From Heterodontus francisci (taxonomy: Eukaryota), in assembly GCF_036365525.1 (NCBI RefSeq), contig NC_090383.1, positions 53,857,378 to 53,921,377 of the forward strand: a stretch of DNA of 64,000 nt. The letters run 5' to 3'. The position numbers and the translations under genes were made by a program. Positions within the stretch are counted from its first letter, which is position 1. Each line of letters opens with the position of its first letter. The notes below the pieces were generated by a model, which saw only the letters and a program-made list of their open reading frames with translations, made no database searches and was not told the origin of the DNA. This document shows, piece after piece, positions 27,901-39,900 of this stretch.

Positions 27901-30900
27901 AAGGGAAAGCAATACCTGTGTTGGGATTCTTACAGTTCCACGTGCTATAAGATTGGCCTTATCGGCAACCTTGTAAATCGAGCCTCAGCCATTTGATCAC
28001 CATGTAAGCATGATGCTGAAATAAGGTGAATCAAAAGGTATCCTGCATGACAATGGTTACCCTGATGACATCATCATTTCTCGCTGTATATCACGCAAAC
28101 TTATGAACGGGCCTAAGGCCAACATTTTCGGCCCTGTAAAGTGTCCAGTCTACCTCAAATTACCCTGGAAGGGAAAGGTATCCCAAAAATTTGAACAACA
28201 GATAAAGCTAGCTGTTTCACGCTGCTACTATACAGTAGCAACACGTGTGGCGTTCGCCACTAACAGGATGCTGCCCTCAAGCCAAAAAGACGTCCTGCCT
28301 ATCATACAAATAAGTAACATGATATGTGAATTTCAATGCCAGTGTGATGCTATGTAGATAGGCCGTATGTCCCAAAAACTGGCAGATCGTAACAAAAAAC
28401 ATGTCCCTTCTGCTATTCACAACTGTCAAGGTACAGACCGTACCCAACCAGCCCATGCATGCAAAACTCAAAACACAGTGTCCAACATTTGATGTGATTC
28501 CGCGATTGGACAACATTTGCTAAATAATCCACAGTGTGCTAAAAATTACGCTGACAACCAATTTAAGATTGTTGGTAGGGCTTGCAGTGTGGTGCAATTA
28601 CACAGACTGGAAGCTACAAATATTAATACACAGGGCCTTGTTCTTTGCAGACAGAAGAATATGTACAAACTTTGTGCCTGTTTCAGCTGAACAAAATAAG
28701 TGACAGCCATTCGCTGGTTCATTCCTCAGGGCAATGCCTTAACTAATCAGAGTCAAGCTGCCCGGTTTAAATTTCAAACATAGTTTGACAGTTAACTGTC
28801 AGTCACCATGAACTGGTGCGTTTTCCTTGGTAACGCCTCTACCAGAGTTCACTTGTCAACCGTCAGCACTCTCTTCTCATACAGTATAAAGTCATTGCTT
28901 TCCCTTACATTGGTATTCTTGCATATTGTCCTCATGAGTGCAAGACGAAAAGCTTCAACAACATGTCTCTATTTTCAGCAATACTCAGGGCCGCTCAGCT
29001 CCAGACCTTATTACAGCTGTGGTCCAAATATGGATATAACAGTTGAATTCCAGAGATGAGGGAGAGTGACTGCCCTTGATATCAATGCAGCATTTGACCA
29101 AATGTGGCATCAAGGAGCTCTATCAAAATTGAAGGCCATGGGAATCTGGGGAAAACTCTGCACTAGTTGTAGTCGTACCTAGCACAAAAGGAAAATGGTG
29201 GACCAATCATCTCAGCCAAGGACATTGCTGCAGGAGTTCTTCAGGGCCCTAGGCCCAACTATATTTAACTGCTTTATCAATGAGCTTCTCGTCGTCATAA
29301 GGGCAGAAGTGGGGATGTTCGCTGATGATTGCACAATGTTCAGTACCATTCGTGAGTCCTCAGATACTGAAGCAGTCCATGCCCCCATACAGCAAGACCT
29401 AGAGAACATTCAGGGTTGGGCTGCTAAGTGGCAAGTAACATTTGTGCCAGGCAATTACCATCTCCAACAAGAGAAAATCTAATCCTCTCCCCTAGACGTA
29501 CAATGGCAATACCATCACTGAATCCCCCATCATCAATTTCCTGGGAGTTACTGTTGACTACAGACTTAACTGGACCAGCCATATAGATACTGTGGTTGCA
29601 AGAGCAGGCCAGAAGCTGGGAATTCTGCAGCAAGTAACTCACCTCCTCATTATCCAAAGTCTGTCCACCATCTACAAGGCACAAGACAGGAGGGTGATGG
29701 AATACTCTCCACTTGCCTGGATGAATGCAGCTCCAACAACGCTCAAGAAACTCGACACCATCCAAGACAAAGCAACCCACCCACCACCTTCAACATCACC
29801 CCCTCCACCACTGGTGCACAGTGGTAGCAGTGTGTACCATCTACAGGTTGCACTGCATCAACTCATCAAGGTTTCTTCGACAGCACCTTCCAAATCCATG
29901 ACCTCTACTACCTAGAAGGACAAGGGCAGCAGACGCATGGGAACACCATAGCTGCAAGTTCCCCTCCAAGACACACACCATCCTGACTTGGAACTATATT
30001 ACTGTTCCTTCACTGTCACTGGGTCAAAAAACTGCAACTACTTCCTAACAGCATTGTGAGGGTACCTACACCACATGGACTGCTCAAGAAGATGCTCACC
30101 ACCATGTTCCCAAGGGTAATTAGGGATGGACAACAAATGCTGGCCTTGCCAGCGATGCTCACATCCCATGAACGAATGAAAAAAAAAAAGACCTGCCTTG
30201 TGCGTGATCCCCACAGCTCTACATTTCCCCCCAACTGAGCATAGCTCATGTTTCTGGTAGATGATGCATTTGACTGCCGTGACAGTGCTGCTTCAAATGC
30301 CTCTTTCTCCTCTGACGTTGTTGCTGAGGCTCCCCCGTACAACTGGCCCTCTGGGAAACATAAGACTTTGGTTAGGAAAGCTCTACTCTGTTCGTAGTTG
30401 CTTTGCAGAGCTGCAGCTGCCCATTACAGATTATGCAGTGGAATGGATTCATCAAAGAAGGACTGAGCTCCATTCCCATCACATGGAAATGGCAAAATCC
30501 TTTCACCCTGTCTTGGACGGACACCCATCCCGTGCCCGACAATTTCCTGCCGACCTGCCAATTTCAAAGGCCTCCCCCTCCATGGCCATTAGTATAGCGA
30601 TTTGCGCCACTTCACTGATCTCTTTCTCGTGTATTGTGTGCACTTTTTACCTCCAAAGTCAAGAGTGAGACAGTTAAGATCATGGTGCTTCCGTCACCCC
30701 ATCTGGTGGCTCACTCACATGTGATGTCCATGGCTCCAGTGTCGCCTCCTCCACAAGTGTTTGTGGACTGAGCATTGCCCACAGCTCAGCAGTGCACCTG
30801 GGCACACGTATCCTCACTGTTCCAGAGCACTATACAACCTTAGCATGCTAAGCTCATTGGCTTGCTGATGACTCCAGAACTGGAGGCTTGTCATCTGGGT

Positions 30901-33900
30901 GTAGCTTTGCACTCACATCGCCAGACCTCAGAAGGTTGTTGAAGTGCTTCCTACACTGCACCAAGGTCCTGCTGACCACATTGTAGTTGCTCACCTCCTG
31001 AGCGACCTCCATTCGAGCCTGCTTTGTCTGACTGGCTGGCTTCCTCCTGCCGCTCCCCAGAAACAGGACGCTCCTCCGAGCTGCCACCACCTCTAAAAGC
31101 ACCTTGAGGGAGGCATGTGCCTTTCCAACCATGCATGCCATGCTGTTGCTCCACTGCATTCAGGCCTCTGCCATCGCCCAGGATGTTGGCATTCACAGTT
31201 ATAGCAGCCAGTTGCCCTTTAAATTGGGCCTGCCATGATGAAGCCATGATGACACGCTGACTCTTCCACCCCTAATTTGGACAGTGAACGTGCCATCGGG
31301 GCACTAATTGGCTGCCTCCTTCAAAATACCATTGGACTTCCAGCACCGACAGGGAACAGGGTCAGGTCCCAGAAATGGTCCTGATGTCAGAGTCCCAACT
31401 CTGGAATGAAAATGCAGCCCACTCCCTCTGACTCCCAGCTTTCACCTGTTGGTCTCCAGCACTGTTTCCCCTCTGACTCACTCTCTCTGTCTCACAGAAT
31501 CACATTACAAAATTGATGGGGAACCTGGTGACATGGCTCCCTCCTCAAAGAAGGAGGATAATGAACAACCCACAACTGAAACGTGCTAAATAACTGATAA
31601 CCAATGAATATTCGCCCAGTAATGCTCAAAGTCACAGAATGAAAGATAGGTTTGAGAGATAAGTGGAATGGAGAAAAATATCAAAGGAGTCACATCTGGG
31701 CAGACCTTTAGTTGGACTGGTACAGAGGCACTGGAGGCAAACTTTGAGCTGGCAATTCATCTGACCGGAAGACAGCACAGCAATTAGAGTCAGGCACAAT
31801 GGAGATGGGAATAACTTCCCAGAGAGAAAAAAATAGCTTAACCACTTGATCAATATTCTAACTTTAATTTGCTCCCCCACCATAATAAGCAATAATTTGG
31901 GGCAGTCCACCTCCTCGCAGACAATCCTCCCTATTAATGAAGCTGCCATATCTGTAAAAACTGTTCAAGGGCCTGGATGCCGATGCTCCCTCCTTTTTTG
32001 CAGGATGTATTCCTCAGCAACACAACCAAAATTGGAGGGAAAGTATCACTGAACCCACATCCTGCTGTTAAAAGGCATTGTAACACCAACACACTCCAGA
32101 TCTTTCAAAGAAGCAGAAACAAAATCAAAGATCAGGGATTTACACTTGCAGACAGGGTTGTCACTGCACTTCTGTCAAAGTTACAGCAGCAGGGTGAAAT
32201 CAGGTGCAAGGAAATTGTTCGAAATCCTCACAATGTGGTGAGATGTTGTGCAAACGGACACCATACCAGACGAAAGCATTCACCTACATAAACAACCTTC
32301 AGCAATGACATTTAATTGTTACTATTGCTTTGTATAGAGAATACACAATGTTTGAACAGTAGCTGTTTGGTTAAAAACCTTGAAGGGAAACTTCCATATT
32401 GGTTTAGATGTTAGTGATAACATAAACTGGTTCCACAGGATTTACCTGAATATTGAAGTAAGGATCTTTCCCATTTCGTCCACTGTTTCATGCCACATTG
32501 TTGCACACAGATATATCATGACGTGGTCCGATTTCCTATTCAATAAATTGTTTTCATATTTTATTGTTACCAAATCTGTTCTAAATACTATACAATGCTA
32601 GGAATTCTTAGAAACTGTGATTATATAATTATATTTAGGTCAGTTAACCTTTCAGGAAATTACTTTTAAATTCCAATTATTTGGGAGACATTTTATGGGG
32701 ATAAATTTCCTAAGCTTTGCCCCCAGGGAATGCCTACTCCGCAGGTACAAAGGAAAAAGATGGAAGATCTCTAATACACCAGGTCCTCCCTAACCCTCTC
32801 TCCCACTTTACATTAACCCCAGATTTGGAGCTTCCCATTAGCTGGGCGTGCATCTGCTGTAGACACAGACCCTGCATTCAGATGTTAAAGCTGGCTTTGG
32901 TATTGAAGTCAGGATGTCCCTCATATCAGATGGTCAGAAAGTCCTGGCGGAAAGCCAAAGATTATTCCCAAAATTAGGAGCCATTTGTTAAAGCATCTGC
33001 CACATCTTTGAGTATTAGGATTGTCAGCTCTCGTTGGACGTAACCTGGAGAGTTCATCACCTGACCTCCCATCTCCAAGCACCTTGACCCCTCACTCCCT
33101 CTATTGGTTGGCTGGCCTGTCCATCTTCATGTCATCCCACCTTCCCATACCAATTGAATGCAAAGGATGAACCTTGGTCTTTTTACCATCTCTGATTTTT
33201 TCAATCTGTTCAACAAAGATTATTTCAGTGTCCTTATGCTTTTTCTCTTAGGTTACTTGGAGAAGTGTCCTGGGAATTAACCTTTAATTCTTGGAAACTC
33301 CAAGACATCCTTGGAAAACTGGAAACCCTCTTTGGTATTGGGGTCTTTCGGCTGTTACTGTTTAACAGCAGCCAGAAGGCCCCCAGCCTGCCAACTAGAC
33401 CCACAACTACAAGTCCCTGCACCTCTTTTTCCTGACCAGTACAAGGACCAATACCTGTCCTGCACAGAAGGCAGGCCTGTATCATGGGTATGACTGGACA
33501 GGCACAATGCTCTTCAAGCACACTGCACCTGTCCAGCACGCGAGCAGAAAGTGGCACCAGGAAATCAGGCTCTGTTTATATGAACTGGAACATTGTAATA
33601 TGTTCAATCTTCTAACTCCCACTAGAAATGATGAGAATGCAAGATTTGTTCTATTTAGCATCAACAAGTACATTTATTGGCGTTAATGCACTACATTTGT
33701 CATTTATAGTTGTCTGCTGCAATTAGATTAAATACAATTAGTTATAGCTGAATTACAGGATAGTCTACAGCTTCACACAATATCAATATTTTATCGAGGA
33801 AGAGTGAAATTGTTTGCATCCGACCAGCTCCATACTTCATAAATTACTCACTATCGATTCTGATGGTGCTTTTAGAGAAATGTACACAAGGAGATGTGTT

Positions 33901-36900
33901 ACAATCCCTAAAGCAGGCCATGTCACCGCAGCAGGCCTGGTGGGGAACAGAAAGACGTAATTTCAAAAAAACGAAGAGGCTGGTCATCCAGCACTGCACT
34001 GTGAGTACTGTGTTGCACAGAAGATCTTTGCAGACTTAGCTGTGAATTGTTCAAAACAATTTCCCTCGGGGTAAGGGATAAGAGAGCCAGAGAATGAGAT
34101 TTGTTTTTTCTTGGCACCTATTTTTGTCTCTCAATAAGGCATCAAGCTCTTAAATCCATCTCCACAATAGAATCGTAACAGTGTAGTCAAGGGTATTGCA
34201 TGCAGGCTCTCTTGTTCTAAAATAACTTTGGAGAAAGATATCTTTAAGAGATCAGTGAGAAAGTATAACAGACGACTGTACCTTTTAATTTTCTCATCTT
34301 TCTTTTTCTGGACCCGTGTGTTGAGCAGCATTGACTGTTCCATGAAGGCTGCTTCGTACAGCCGTCGAACAAACAGCTGGGATGTCCTTTCAATCCTTTG
34401 AATGTGTTGGCCCCACACATAGAATGTTGAGAAAAACAGCCCTAGCCAAAAGCATATTGCCAAGGAGCCAAGCAGTGCCAAGCCAACTCTGTTGGAATCT
34501 ACTATTACCTGCGCTCTGCAAAGGCTGCGAGGGATTTCTAAAAGCAGGATTTGTAGAGCGTCGCTATCATTGGAGGTTTTTAAAGTGTGGCAGAGGGCAG
34601 TCAGGTTAAAAGCAGCCGCTTCGCCATATTTAGTGGAACTGTCGTACATCACAATCAAAAAAGCAAAAAGCACTATTGGAGTGGCTAATATGGAAGGCAT
34701 GATGAAGCTGCGTCTGACTGCATGCATTTTACACACCAGAACCCCAAACCAGTGGCAAAGAGCAGAAGAAATCACTTGTACACCAAAGAGGCTCAAGATA
34801 ATGTTTACATCAAATTGCGAGACTGTTTTTACATCTTCCCAGTTATACTCCTTTATTGGAATCCATGCTGCCACTACAGCACCTGTAACTAGAATTCTAA
34901 TTGTACTGGTACAAACATACATGATGTTTCTGGTGTGTCGCAAACTTTCCCTTATATTTTCCATCACACCAATTTTACAGTACAATGTAAAGTTTTCCCA
35001 CCAATTGAAAGATACTAGTACTAAAGAAACTATTGCAAGGGCCACGTATGGTTGAATGTATTTAACCTCCTCTGTATGCTGTTGAGGGTTGTGAGCTAAA
35101 ATAAAAAGCAAGAGGCCCAGGAAGACAAAGCCAAAGCCTACCAGTGGGAGTAACATAGAAGGTTTGAGGGGTTTCAGCTGAAATGCTACTTGTAGAAGTG
35201 AGGGAAGGAGGCAAACGCCATTCAAAATGTGCAGATTGGTTATAATGTCAAAGTGAGGCATGCAGACCAGCACCAGGACTGAAGTGCCAAAAGCAACAAC
35301 TGCTTCAATCAAGCAAACCTGGCAAGAAAAGGGGCGGGGGGAACAAAAAAGTCAGAAAAGTTAAATTATAATGTTGCAATGCACTTAAAAATCAAACTTT
35401 GGAGTAAAGTGTTGATGAATAAGATACTTCGGTCATGTTCAGTTAGTTCCATCTGTTTTGATGGATAATTTCTGAATTTTATAGTACAGGAAAACTCCTC
35501 TCACACTGGGCTGGCTGCTTCGGTACATTTTCAGCTCATTGTCGTCAATGGAATTAAATATCAGGTGCTGTGTAGAAGGGGCAGCCAATCAGATTCTACC
35601 TGAGCTGAAGTTCTACCCCAAGGAGTTTATGAACCTCCATCTAGTGGTAGAAATGTGCAGCTGCAGGCAGGACTTTGCACCACAGAATGGTGAGATCCAA
35701 ATAAGGAGTGTGAGGTGTACTTGTCATATTTAATATATCATAGATTAGATATTTAACTGACCTTTTTTCTTTCTGCCTCTTTACCAGCATTTATTGCCCA
35801 TCCCTAATTGACCTTGAGAAGGTGGTGGTGAGCTGCCTTCTTGAACCGCTGCAGTCCATTTGGGGAAGCTATACCCACAGTGCTGTTAGGAAGGGTGTTC
35901 CAGGATTTTGACCCAGCGACAGTGAAGGAACGGTGATATAGTTCCAAGTCAGGATGGTGTGTGACTTGGAGGGGAACTTGCAGGCGGTGGTATTCCCATG
36001 CATTTGCTGCCCTTGTCCTTCTAGTTGGTAAAGTTTGTGGGTTTGGAAGGTGCTGTCTAAGGAGCCTTGGTGCATTGCTGCAGTGCATCTTGTAGATGGT
36101 ACACACTGCTGCCACTGTGTGTCGGTGGTGAAGGGAGTGAATGTTTGTAGACGGGGTGCTAATCAAGCGGGCTGCTTTGTCCTGGATGGTGTAGAGCTTC
36201 TGGAGTGTTGTTGGAGCTGCACCCATCCAGGTAAGTGAAGAGTATTCCATCACACTCCTGACTTGTGCCTTGTAGATGGTGGACAGGCTTTGGGGAGTCA
36301 GGAGGTGAGTTACGCACTTCAGGATTCCTAGCCTCTGACCTGCTCTTGTAGCCACGGTATTTATATGGCTACTCCAGTTCAGTTTCTGGTCAATGGTAGC
36401 CCCTAGGATGTTGATAGTGGGAGACTCAGCAATGGTAATGCCATTGAATGTCAAGGGGAGATGGTTAGATTCTTTCTTGTTGGAGATGGTCATTGCCTGA
36501 CACTTGTGTAGTGCGAATGTTACTTGTCACTTATCAGCCCAAGCCTGGATATTGTCCAGGTCTTGCTGTATTTCTACACGGACTACTTCAGTATCTGAGG
36601 AGTCACGAATGGTGCTGAACATTGTGTAATCATCAGCGAACATCCCCACTTCCGACCTTATGACTGAAGGTAGGTCATTGATGAAGCAGCTGAAGATGGT
36701 TGGGCCTAGGACACTACCCTGAGGAACTCCTGCAGTGATGTCCTGGAGTTCAGATGATTGACCTCCAACAACCACAACCACAGATGCTGCCAGACCTGCT
36801 GAGTATTTCCAGCATTTCTTCTTTTTATCACTGAAGATTAAAGTTGTCCCTTTGTTCGGGTTTGCTGATTTCCACTCAGATAAAGCAGATTCGTGAGTAG

Positions 36901-39900
36901 TTACTATTTCCTCAAGCCTCCTGCTTTGTGTCGACTCCTTGTCAATACATCAGATCGAAAAGTATAAAAATATTTGTATAACTTAAAGAAACATTTAAAT
37001 TAGACAATTTTTTTCTTTAAAATAAAGAAACACTTAGAGTGGCTAAAAGAGTCATTAATCCCTTTAAAATGAATAAATTAAACATCTGTAATTCTCATTT
37101 ATTACTTTATAATTTCAGGTTCTAAAAACAGAACTATGCGAAGTGATTGATGAATAAGCTTTATCCCCAAAATTTTACATAGAAAAATAGCATTGGTTTC
37201 TCTCCAAGAGTTTTTTTTTTAAAGAAAACCTGAAAATGACTGGAATTTTTTGTTAAAAATAATGAAAACTAAGGAACAGGAGGTTCAGCTTACCATTCCT
37301 AGAATACTCAGGGGGGGAGTATTGGATGATCCAAATGATGTTTTCCATAAGGCCTTGACAAATGCCAGAACATTAGGCACCAGTAATGCACAAGCTAAGA
37401 CAAGGTGAGTGAAAGGCTTATTTGCAAAAGGTGATTGAGTGTTTGAAGTGCTGATCAGTAAGAGAAGGCTGGTCTGCAAAACATAAAAGTATGTTTCTCA
37501 GTACTGACATCACTCACTTCAACATGGCAAAAAAGTACAAAATGGTGACTCTAATTTCATAAGATACTACCACAGTAGGTACAGCATCAAAAGTGATGAG
37601 CTCCCTTTATAAGGGGGCTAATCAGTGAAAGATAATGGAACAATTTCCGGCATCTTCCATGCTAGGACTGCAAGGCTGGAGATGACAAAGGCCTCAACTT
37701 GTCCTCTTAGCTGACCTTTATCTCAAGTTCATCGCAGCATCAGGTTGCTGGGTAGAAGGGACACTAGTGCTGAGGAAATTCCTAGTCTGGAAATCTCTCC
37801 ACTCAGCCCTGCATGATTCACTGTCATAAGCCAGGTTTGGATTGGATGCCAATTGCTGGACCAGACTGAGACCTGACAAATTTGAGTTCTGTTCAAATTC
37901 CCTGGGTTTGCTCTGTCCTGCGGGACAACTTACATCAGGAGTGCACTGTTGACACCAAGGAATGTTGGAGCCTTTATGTCTTCGTAGCTTATTTAATTGG
38001 AGAGGGTATTGTCATGACCAGGTGAGGAAGGGGTCTCAGGCTCCCCTTTCGTCCCTTGTCTAGTTTGACTGCAACAGGGTTTATCCTTTTTTTTTAACAT
38101 AGTGATTGAACTTGCCACCTCAGTGAGCGCTTACCCCTGTTCCTCTAATATAATTGCAAATGAACCAATCAGACAGGTTTCCTTGAGTTTAAAAAAGAAA
38201 GGTGTAAGTTTATTATCCTCAACACTCTAAACCGGTTAAAACTACTAAAATATAGTACGGATTCACACCCACATGAGAGACACACACACAACAAGTAGAT
38301 TACAGAAAGAAAACAGAGTTGGGTGGTTGGTGTAGAGTCTGAAATAAATGAAATTTAAATACTGTTCATCCGTCCCAGAGTCCTTAGTTGAAATTGTAGT
38401 CCTGTAGCTGGGCCACGAGCACAGTTTGGCCTTGCTTCTCAGGCTCCGAAAGGCAGAAGAGGGGTTCTGGTCCTTGTCCCCCAGTTGTTGGTTGTGGTGG
38501 TCTGTAGACTTGGCTTTACCAGCTGCAGCTGGGTCTTTTCTGGGTCTTTACTAGAGACAGAGAGAGTGCTGCTCTCTTGATGGCTGACTGTTACTGCCCT
38601 GCTTTCTGACTCGCAAAAGCTCTGACTCCCCAGAGTTGCACAGCCATCACACGACACTCCCAAATGTCTTTGTGTCTTAATGAGGCCTTCTGGAGCCAAT
38701 GTAGCTCAGCAAGCACAGGGGTGATGGGGAATGGGACTTACTATGAGTTAAGACATGGGAGCAGGGTTTTTGATGAGCTCAAATTTACAGAGAATGGAAT
38801 ATGGGAGACCAATCAGGCCCACACTGGAATACTCAAGTTTAGAGGTAACAAAGGCATGAATGAGGATTTCAGCAGCAGATGAGCTGAGACAGGGACAAAG
38901 TTGGCAATGTTACAGAGGCAGAAATAGGCAATCTTAGAGACGGCGCGAATATCAGGTCGGAAGCTTATCCCAGGGTCAAATGTGACACCAAGGTTGCGAA
39001 GAGATTGGCATAATCTTAGACTGCTGCCAGGGAGAGGGGACGGAGCTTGGAGCGGCAAATTTCTGCTCATCCAGTACTGAATGTCAGATAAGCAGTCTGA
39101 TAATTTAGCAACAGTGGAGGAGGCAAGAGAAGTGGTGATGAGGTAGAGCTGAGTGTCATCAGCATATATGTGAAAACTGACTGTGCTTTCAGATGATGGG
39201 CTGAAATTTCTTTTCCCACTGTTGAGAGTGGTGGCCCACACACATGGGCCAGGCACCATCACTCTGCCATGATCTAGCATGCAGCAGCTCATTTAAATAT
39301 GCAGGGTGGGCCACCACCCCCCCCCCAATCACAGGGTGAGGGCAACCTCACTGATGCCATGAACGGGTCTGTGGTTGCCATCTCACCTCTGAGTCGGCAG
39401 GTTGTGAGTCCAAGCCCCACTCCAGAGGACTGTGCACCAAATCTAGGCTGGCATTCCAGTGTGGTACTGAGGGAGTTGAGGGAGTGCTGCATAGTCACTG
39501 GTACACATCTTTGGGATGTAACATTAAACCGAAGCCCCTGCCTGTACTCTCAGGTGGGTGTAAAATATCCCATGGCACTATTTGAAGAGGAGTTATCGCA
39601 GATCCTGGCTAATATTTATCTCTCAACCAACACTCAAAAACAAATCATCTAACCATTTATTTCATTGCTGTTTGTGTACATCAAAAACCACTTCATTGGT
39701 TATAAAGTGCTTTGGGATGCCTTAAGGTCCTAAAAAGTGCTATAGAAATACAAGCTATTTTTCATATTATCATCCACAGATCTGCAGCAAAAAAATCACC
39801 ATAGTACTGTTGTTTAACAAACTTATTCAACGGTTTACAACATAACACAAGATGCTAAGCAATTCAAAGGTTACTTTTATTTCCAGTACTGTTTTTTCAA

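Larger units (their letters stand above)
24921..30188 (+). mobile_element. CR1-group LINE family 1, interrupted by three insertions
   Basis: Homologous to 1503-3390; poly(A) end; agacc duplicated at 24916-24920 and 30189-30193. Confidence 0.8.
24739..31420. mobile_element. Harbinger element with Myb/SANT-like gene remnant, hosting nested insertions
   Basis: TIRs gggcttaattttca / tgaaaatgcagccc; TSD act. Minus-strand ORF 30854-31159 reads SLKVLLEVVAARRSVLF..RKP..MEVAQEVS..RTLVQCRKHFNNL. Confidence 0.8.

Noticed and set aside
34492-35055. 187-aa plus-strand ORF
   Set aside because: Antisense shadow of CHS-A exon 4.
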